A DNA stretch of 64,000 nt from an uncultured Bacteroidales bacterium (GTDB taxonomy: Bacteria; Bacteroidota; Bacteroidia; Bacteroidales; VadinHA17). The stretch is taken from contig CAVTSB010000001.1 of the NCBI GenBank assembly GCA_963737255.1, positions 386,254 through 450,253 of the forward strand, written 5' to 3'. The notes under the pieces are model-generated. The model was given only the letters and a program-made list of their open reading frames with translations, was not told the DNA's origin and made no database searches. This document shows, one piece after another, positions 58,438 to 64,000 of the stretch (positions are counted from its first letter, which is position 1; each line of letters opens with the position of its first letter). Position numbers and translations under genes: made by a program.

Positions 58438-60107
58438 TGAAATACAGGCTGCTAATCATATTATCACTTCTCTGTTTTACTGCTGCTAAGTCACATACTT
58501 TCCCTGTTAAATCCTCTTCTACCGCAGTCCGTCCGACTCCCGTATATTACAATGATGCCATCAGTCTTTTTACACGTGAATATAACAGTACTAAAATCGA
58601 TAATCTTTTAACTCTGACACAGGAGATTAAACCTATTCAGATAGGTGCGTTCAGGCAAAAGTCAAATGCCGACAAGATGTATTTCCAGATAGCTGAAGTA
58701 CTGGGTGAGGACGTGATGGTGGTTGAAGAGGACGGTTACTACAAGGTCAGGGTAACAACACTTGATAAGGAAAAAATCAGGGATTTCCTGGAACCTGAAG
58801 AGGTTGTAACAGACATTTCCCCGATGGATCAAACAGCTGTATTGTCTGATGATACGCTTGCATATACGGAACCGGCAAAGGATTCCATCCTTACCGAACC
58901 TGTTATTGACACTTTGCCTCAATCATTCGGCAGCCTGCCTGTATCATATACCGTTGGCGATACTTCGACGGCAGTGCAACAGTCCACAGTGACCAAGCGG
59001 AAATTTTTCCCTCTGAACAGCGAAAGTCCCTGGCTCAAGAGAATTAACTATTTCGGAAAATCATTTGCCCTGGTAAATGCCCTTATTATTACTATAATCC
59101 TGTCAATCGCAACGATGATCATAATGCTTATTGTGATCCTTCTCAACAGGGCTAAGATGGAAAGGGAGGAGCATTTAAGGCAATATCTTGCCGAGACCTA
59201 CCAGGGGATGATAATCGACTATCTTTTTACCGACAGCAGTCCGGACAGGTTCCGGCCGATTGCATCCGATACCTATAGAAGGCAGGCTCTGATCGACCAG
59301 ATGATCGATGTCAGTGTCAATCTGAAAGGCGATGCCGAGGAGAAACTTGGGGGCCTCTATCTTTATCTTGGTCTTGACGGCGATTCGATCAGGCGTGCAA
59401 ATGATTTCCGCTGGCATAAGAAGATCAAGGGATTCCGGGAACTTGCGTTTATGAATATCAAGGATGCAAATCATTTGATGTACAAAGCCCTGAATTCCAA
59501 GAATGAGATCCTCAGGATGGAAGCCCAGATTGCACTCGTGCGGCTTAGCGATGATGATCCGTTCGGTTTTTTATTTCACCTTATAAGGCCTTTTTCCCTG
59601 TGGGAACAGATCACCCTTCATGAGCTTATGATCCAGCATGACCTGCCGGTACCTGAATTCAAAAAATGGCTCAAGGCTTCTAATCCGACAGTTGTAATGT
59701 TTGCACTCAGGATGATCAGGGAGTTCAGACAAACAGGTGCGGAGGATGATGTCAGGGAAATTCTCGATCATACCTCGCCTGAGGTCAGGTGCCTTGCTGT
59801 GCAGGTTGCGGGAGATCTTGAAATGCGCTCCACGCTTGAGCCGATGAAGAAGATGTACAAGAATCAGGATTATCAAACCTGTGTTGAGATAATTAAATCG
59901 ATGGCCAAGATGCCCGATCCGTCACTGATGGGATTCCTTAAACTGGTCCTGGATAAGGAAGATGATGTCCAGTTGCAGATCGAAGCCACCAAGGCTATTG
60001 AAAACAATGGTGAAGAAGGGGTACGAACTCTTGTTAAATTGATGAAATCGGAATATAAGAACTATAATATTATTGTCAGACATGTACTTGACCGAAGAAT
60101 ATACTAA
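58437..60107 (+). CDS. Membrane protein: signal peptide, SPOR-like domain, low-complexity linker, single TM segment, cytoplasmic HEAT/ARM-like repeats
   Basis: IQIGAFRQKSNA..EEDGYYKVRV (SPOR signature). TM ALVNALIITIILSIATMIIMLIVILL. HEAT-like ILRMEAQIALV, PEVRCLAVQVAG and QLQIEATKAI. The ATG overlaps the upstream TGA (TGATG). Confidence 0.82.
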   Translation: MKYRLLIILSLLCFTAAKSHTFPVKSSSTAVRPTPVYYNDAISLFTREYNSTKIDNLLTLTQEIKPIQIGAFRQKSNADKMYFQIAEVLGEDVMVVEEDGYYKVRVTTLDKEKIRDFLEPEEVVTDISPMDQTAVLSDDTLAYTEPAKDSILTEPVIDTLPQSFGSLPVSYTVGDTSTAVQQSTVTKRKFFPLNSESPWLKRINYFGKSFALVNALIITIILSIATMIIMLIVILLNRAKMEREEHLRQYLAETYQGMIIDYLFTDSSPDRFRPIASDTYRRQALIDQMIDVSVNLKGDAEEKLGGLYLYLGLDGDSIRRANDFRWHKKIKGFRELAFMNIKDANHLMYKALNSKNEILRMEAQIALVRLSDDDPFGFLFHLIRPFSLWEQITLHELMIQHDLPVPEFKKWLKASNPTVVMFALRMIREFRQTGAEDDVREILDHTSPEVRCLAVQVAGDLEMRSTLEPMKKMYKNQDYQTCVEIIKSMAKMPDPSLMGFLKLVLDKEDDVQLQIEATKAIENNGEEGVRTLVKLMKSEYKNYNIIVRHVLDRRIY

Positions 60108-60112
60108 CTGAA

Positions 60113-61549
60113 ATGGGATTTATTTTTGGACATATTATCTTTTTCCTTACGCTGTTCCTGTTCGTATCATATCTTTTGCTTGGTATCTTTTCGGCCCTGG
60201 CGCTCCGTAAATACCTGCGGAAAAACAGCTACATAAACTACAATTCGCTGGTGCTTTCTCCGCTCAGCCCGAAGATTTCGATCATAGCTCCGGCTTTTAA
60301 CGAAAGTAAATCCATTATTGATAATATCCGGACCCTTCTTTCACTGTACTATAACAACTTTGAAGTGATCATCGTCAATGACGGATCGACTGACAATACG
60401 TTTGAACTGGTAAAGGAAGCCTATGACCTGATCAGGGTCAACTATTATTTCGATTACAGGATCCCATGTGAAAGAATTAAAGGAGTTTACAGGTCAAAGA
60501 ATCCTTCTTATAACAGGTTGACAGTAATTGACAAGAACAACGGAGGGAAAGCCGATTCGCTCAATGCAGGAATAAATATCTGTCACAGCGGGTTATTCGT
60601 TTCAATCGATGCCGACTCAATTATTGAAGCCGATTCAATACTGAAGCTCGTGAAACCATTCTTGGAAGAGAAAGAACGCAAGGTTATAGGAACGGGGGGG
60701 GTGATCAGGATTGTTAATTCATGCGATGTTGAAAGAGGACATATCAGGGAGATAAAAATCCCTTCCAAGATATTGCCGAGACTTCAGGTACTTGAATATA
60801 CACGGGCATTTTTACTTGGCAGAATGGCCTGGAGCCATCTTGACGGACTTATGCTGATCTCCGGTGCAATGGGTATATTTGACAGGGAAACGGTGATCAG
60901 GGCGGGGGGTTACAGTATCAACACGGTAGGGGAAGATATGGAGCTGGTACTGAGGATGCGCCGCTATATGACTGATAATAATCAGAAATATGAGGTTACG
61001 TACATTCCTGACCCTTTATGCTGGACGGAGGTACCTTCAGACCTCAAATCATTGCGTAAGCAGAGAACCCGCTGGACACGCGGTCTTGTGGAATCACTCC
61101 GAACACACCACCATATTTTCTTCAATGCCAAATATGGCAAACTTGGCATACTTGGCTATCCTTACTGGTTTTTCTTTGAGTGGATGTCCCCACTGATCGC
61201 TTTTGCCGGATTCATCTATACGATCTATCTTATAATTACAAATGCGCTCAACTGGCCTTTCTACCTTCTTCTTTTTGTTTTTGTCTACACTTTTGCAGTG
61301 AGCCTTTCAACATGGGCAGTTCTTTTTGAAGAGATCACATTCCATAAATACAAGAGGAAGAGAGATGTCCTGAAACTCCTCTCAATTGCCCTCTTTGAAC
61401 CCTTCTTCTATCCTGTGCATACCTACTTTGCAGTACGCGGTAACCTCGAAGCAATGAGAGGAAAAAAAGGATGGGGGAGTGCCGAGCGCAATGGCTTTGA
61501 CAAGAAAAAGAAGTCAAGAAGGAAATCAGGCGGAAACAACGATTTTTAA
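60113..61549 (+). CDS. Processive membrane glycosyltransferase family 2 (PgaC/IcaA-like polysaccharide synthase)
   Basis: IIAPAFNE, VNDGSTD, NGGKAD.LN, IDAD, SGA, GEDME and QRTRW (D,D,D,QxxRW). One N-terminal and several C-terminal TM segments. Confidence 0.94.
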   Translation: MGFIFGHIIFFLTLFLFVSYLLLGIFSALALRKYLRKNSYINYNSLVLSPLSPKISIIAPAFNESKSIIDNIRTLLSLYYNNFEVIIVNDGSTDNTFELVKEAYDLIRVNYYFDYRIPCERIKGVYRSKNPSYNRLTVIDKNNGGKADSLNAGINICHSGLFVSIDADSIIEADSILKLVKPFLEEKERKVIGTGGVIRIVNSCDVERGHIREIKIPSKILPRLQVLEYTRAFLLGRMAWSHLDGLMLISGAMGIFDRETVIRAGGYSINTVGEDMELVLRMRRYMTDNNQKYEVTYIPDPLCWTEVPSDLKSLRKQRTRWTRGLVESLRTHHHIFFNAKYGKLGILGYPYWFFFEWMSPLIAFAGFIYTIYLIITNALNWPFYLLLFVFVYTFAVSLSTWAVLFEEITFHKYKRKRDVLKLLSIALFEPFFYPVHTYFAVRGNLEAMRGKKGWGSAERNGFDKKKKSRRKSGGNNDF

Positions 61550-64000
61550 TCGGTGAAACCCGGGATAGCAGTCAATCCGGATCTTACAACCTGATACGAT
61601 TTTTTCTCGCTGGCAACTGTTGGTGGAACGATAAGCCATTTTGGCCATGTGTATCTGCTGTCAGATGAGGTCACAACACCGTCAAGATAGACTGAAACAG
61701 CAATACCATCGGAATTTGCTGTCGATATTTCATAATTGTAACCTCCGTCATAGGAAACCGCCCCGTCAATAACCTTCATCTGTGTCGGATCATAGAAATA
61801 AAGCAGTGTCCAGGGTATCCTGACCTTTATCTTATTCGCGTTCCATGCGACAGCTGTTTTTTGGCCAAAGCTGAAATCCGGTGAATTTTCAAATGGTAGC
61901 TTGCCAATTTCCTGTTTTTTCAGCGTGTTGCCATCATTTATCCACTCCATTAGTTTCCATGGGGCTCCATCGGTGACAGTGCTTTGAAATTTCTGGACCG
62001 AATGGTTAGTGAGATCAAAACGCGGCGTAAGTCCGTTCATATCGTAAGCTTCGGTAACATGGTACAAGGCTGTGTCTTCACCGAGGGTCATTGCAAGCAT
62101 GAATTCCGACCTGTTTGTAAGTTTCTTCCCGTTGGGAAGCTCCGATTCTCCCAAACCCCTCAGGTAGGTGTCGAAAGCGACAATTACCGTATCTCCATCT
62201 GATAATACCCCATTGGTGCTGATCTCAAGATAAAAATAGCTGTTGTCGTTCGTTGCACTTATTGTTTCAACACGACCCCCGGGGTTATCCGTATCAAACG
62301 ATACCAACGGAAGAGTGTTTTCCTGGTCGAAGGTCAGAAGCCCGAAGTTCTGCTCGGGTGATGTGAGGTTATGCCAGATCTGCCGTGTAGGTATCATGGT
62401 CCCTCCCGAGTAAAGTCCGTAAGCTTCAAGGTAGGTTACAATCCAGGTGGGTTTGAACCATTCATCCATCCATGCGAACATGAAGCCGCCCGCACATCCT
62501 GAACTGATTATATTGTGCATCATCCTCATGTTCTTTTCTCCCTGCTGCTGCTCGGAATAGCCTCCATGATGCATTTCACTGAACGACTGATGTGCGCTTC
62601 CCCAGCTCGACGGAACCCCGAATTCGGCTATTATCAGCGGCATTCCCGAATAATGTTCTTTTAAGGCATTCAGATAACCCAGGTAGCTGTTTGGTCCCTC
62701 AGCGTCGCTGTAATTCTGATATGACAATTCCTCGCTGATGAAGTTCGGGTAGTAGGGGTAAGCGTGGTAGCTTGCGAATATCCCGGCCTGCTGGCCTTTC
62801 ACCAGGATTTTTGTAATGTCATAATCTGCTTTGTCCTCATCTGTGAATATTTCAGTAGGGTGATTCAGCGGATCAAGTGTTGGCCAGCTTGAAACGCTGA
62901 CAGGCCGTTTGACAGAGTATTTTTGGAATTCATATGTTACTGTTTCGTCAAGCATCCGGGTGACAAAAACTTCTGATGCTGTGGCTCCGGAAATGTCAAA
63001 CTGATTGCCGGAGAACGCTGTTAATGAAGGATTTGAATTATTTGTTGAGTCCACCTCCTGGGGACTTATCTCCCTTGCTATAATATATCCGGCTGTCCAG
63101 CGCGAGATATCAGTCAGGTATCTTCCGTATGATTTTCCGTACCTGAAGGCAATATCGCCGTTACCGTTTATGCAATCGATCACCTCGCGGATCTCTTTCA
63201 CGAAAGGAGTGACCCGGTTTAAAAGATTATAGGCAGAAGGATTATGGCGGTCTTCAACTTCTTCAAGCCACATTCCCTGGAACAGGAGCAGAGGATTATC
63301 AGTATGCCTTTCGTTATAATCTGCCAGTTTTTCATAAAAAACAGGCGGATGCAAAGTATAGACACGAATGCTGTTGAACCCTGCTTCGCCCATGTTTTTT
63401 ATCCACTCCTCATACATTTCTGCCGTTATCGCGTAAGCAATCTCCCCGGGGAAGGTTCCAGGAGGAGAAGATCCGAGGTTGATGCCCTTAAGGAGGAGTG
63501 ACCTGTAATCAGTTCCGGTATGCATGGCGATATTGTCGGTTGTGGTCCTGAACGGCATATCCTGTTTAAGGGTTATCTCAAAATTGATGACTGTATCTCT
63601 GGCAATGCTTATATCGGTGAGCCTGAGCGAATAATAGCTCTGGCATGTCACAGCAGTCACTACCGGAAAACGCAGCCTGCCCGACTGGGGAGGGGTGACC
63701 GGCGGCATCATGACCGGCTGAAGGGCAGTACCGGCAGAATATGAGGTGATACCTGTTGCCTTTATCAGTTTGCCTGACCTGGTTTTTCCCTTGAAGGTGA
63801 CGGCATAAACATAGAATCCGTCCTGCAGAGGTGCTCCGCCCTGGTTACACCCATCCCACACTATCTGGTAACTGCCGGCTTCAACTGAATTAAAAAGGAC
63901 TTCATAAACCTTCTGTCCGGAAAAATTGTAGATGTTGAAACGGATATCACCCTGACTGTTAATTATAAACGGAATATTTACGGAATGGCTGAAAGGATTA
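61546..64000 (-). CDS. Clan GH-A-like TIM-barrel glycoside hydrolase with an upstream FlgD-Ig/T9SS-CTD-like domain (5' end beyond the window)
   Basis: The frame stays open from 63999 (NPFSHSVNIPF..FNIYNFSGQKV..AGSYQIVWDG..DGFYVY). Barrel motifs LKGINLG, GFNSIRVYT, SYHAYPYYP, IIAEFG, GGFMFAWMDEWFK and EQNFGL. Confidence 0.8.
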   Translation of the reverse strand, partial: NPFSHSVNIPFIINSQGDIRFNIYNFSGQKVYEVLFNSVEAGSYQIVWDGCNQGGAPLQDGFYVYAVTFKGKTRSGKLIKATGITSYSAGTALQPVMMPPVTPPQSGRLRFPVVTAVTCQSYYSLRLTDISIARDTVINFEITLKQDMPFRTTTDNIAMHTGTDYRSLLLKGINLGSSPPGTFPGEIAYAITAEMYEEWIKNMGEAGFNSIRVYTLHPPVFYEKLADYNERHTDNPLLLFQGMWLEEVEDRHNPSAYNLLNRVTPFVKEIREVIDCINGNGDIAFRYGKSYGRYLTDISRWTAGYIIAREISPQEVDSTNNSNPSLTAFSGNQFDISGATASEVFVTRMLDETVTYEFQKYSVKRPVSVSSWPTLDPLNHPTEIFTDEDKADYDITKILVKGQQAGIFASYHAYPYYPNFISEELSYQNYSDAEGPNSYLGYLNALKEHYSGMPLIIAEFGVPSSWGSAHQSFSEMHHGGYSEQQQGEKNMRMMHNIISSGCAGGFMFAWMDEWFKPTWIVTYLEAYGLYSGGTMIPTRQIWHNLTSPEQNFGLLTFDQENTLPLVSFDTDNPGGRVETISATNDNSYFYLEISTNGVLSDGDTVIVAFDTYLRGLGESELPNGKKLTNRSEFMLAMTLGEDTALYHVTEAYDMNGLTPRFDLTNHSVQKFQSTVTDGAPWKLMEWINDGNTLKKQEIGKLPFENSPDFSFGQKTAVAWNANKIKVRIPWTLLYFYDPTQMKVIDGAVSYDGGYNYEISTANSDGIAVSVYLDGVVTSSDSRYTWPKWLIVPPTVASEKKSYQVVRSGLTAIPGFTD

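Noticed and set aside
63859..63861. GTG at 63861 as the start of the last gene
   Set aside because: The frame is open to the window edge and the codon falls in the middle of an Ig-like domain (YQIVWDG).

Overview
This is a Bacteroidota chromosomal window, most likely Bacteroidales. That assignment is inferred from the TAnnTTTG promoters, the T9SS genes and the alpha2-type GlyRS. In order it contains: (1) truB (probably cut at the window edge) and queA with an intrinsic terminator. (2) A ~19 kb gene for a giant (~6,300 aa) T9SS type-B cargo adhesin. It has a LamG-like N-terminal region, three separately homogenised tandem arrays (20x291 bp, 11x273 bp, 12x306 bp), SprB-like repeats and a gliding-motility-type C-terminal sorting domain. 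Two identical +1 insertions that look like consensus chimeras split it into three ORFs, and a PorP/SprF barrel gene follows. (3) A minus-strand glycan locus behind glycyl-tRNA ligase: two GT4s, a putative rhamnosyltransferase-like GT, an FkbM methyltransferase, a Wzx flippase, a YfhO-like GT-C protein and a second methyltransferase. (4) Housekeeping genes: nadB, a CPBP protease, dusB, PepP, an M28 peptidase, sdh/frdCAB, an alpha/beta hydrolase, an S41 protease, dCMP deaminase, a DUF4918/SMUG2-like glycosylase, a DgkA-family kinase, an MFS transporter and a GH36 alpha-galactosidase. (5) At the right end, a DUF5916-like barrel protein, then a tight operon of stand-alone receiver, TPR/YaiO barrel, SPOR-TM-HEAT protein and processive GT2, facing a convergent clan-A-like glycoside hydrolase. 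This last cluster is the best candidate for an undescribed system: a synthase-dependent exopolysaccharide machine possibly anchored to peptidoglycan and controlled by phosphorylation. No rRNA, tRNA, CRISPR array, integrase, transposase or reverse transcriptase was recognised. All family calls are from motif recognition by eye, not from database searches.
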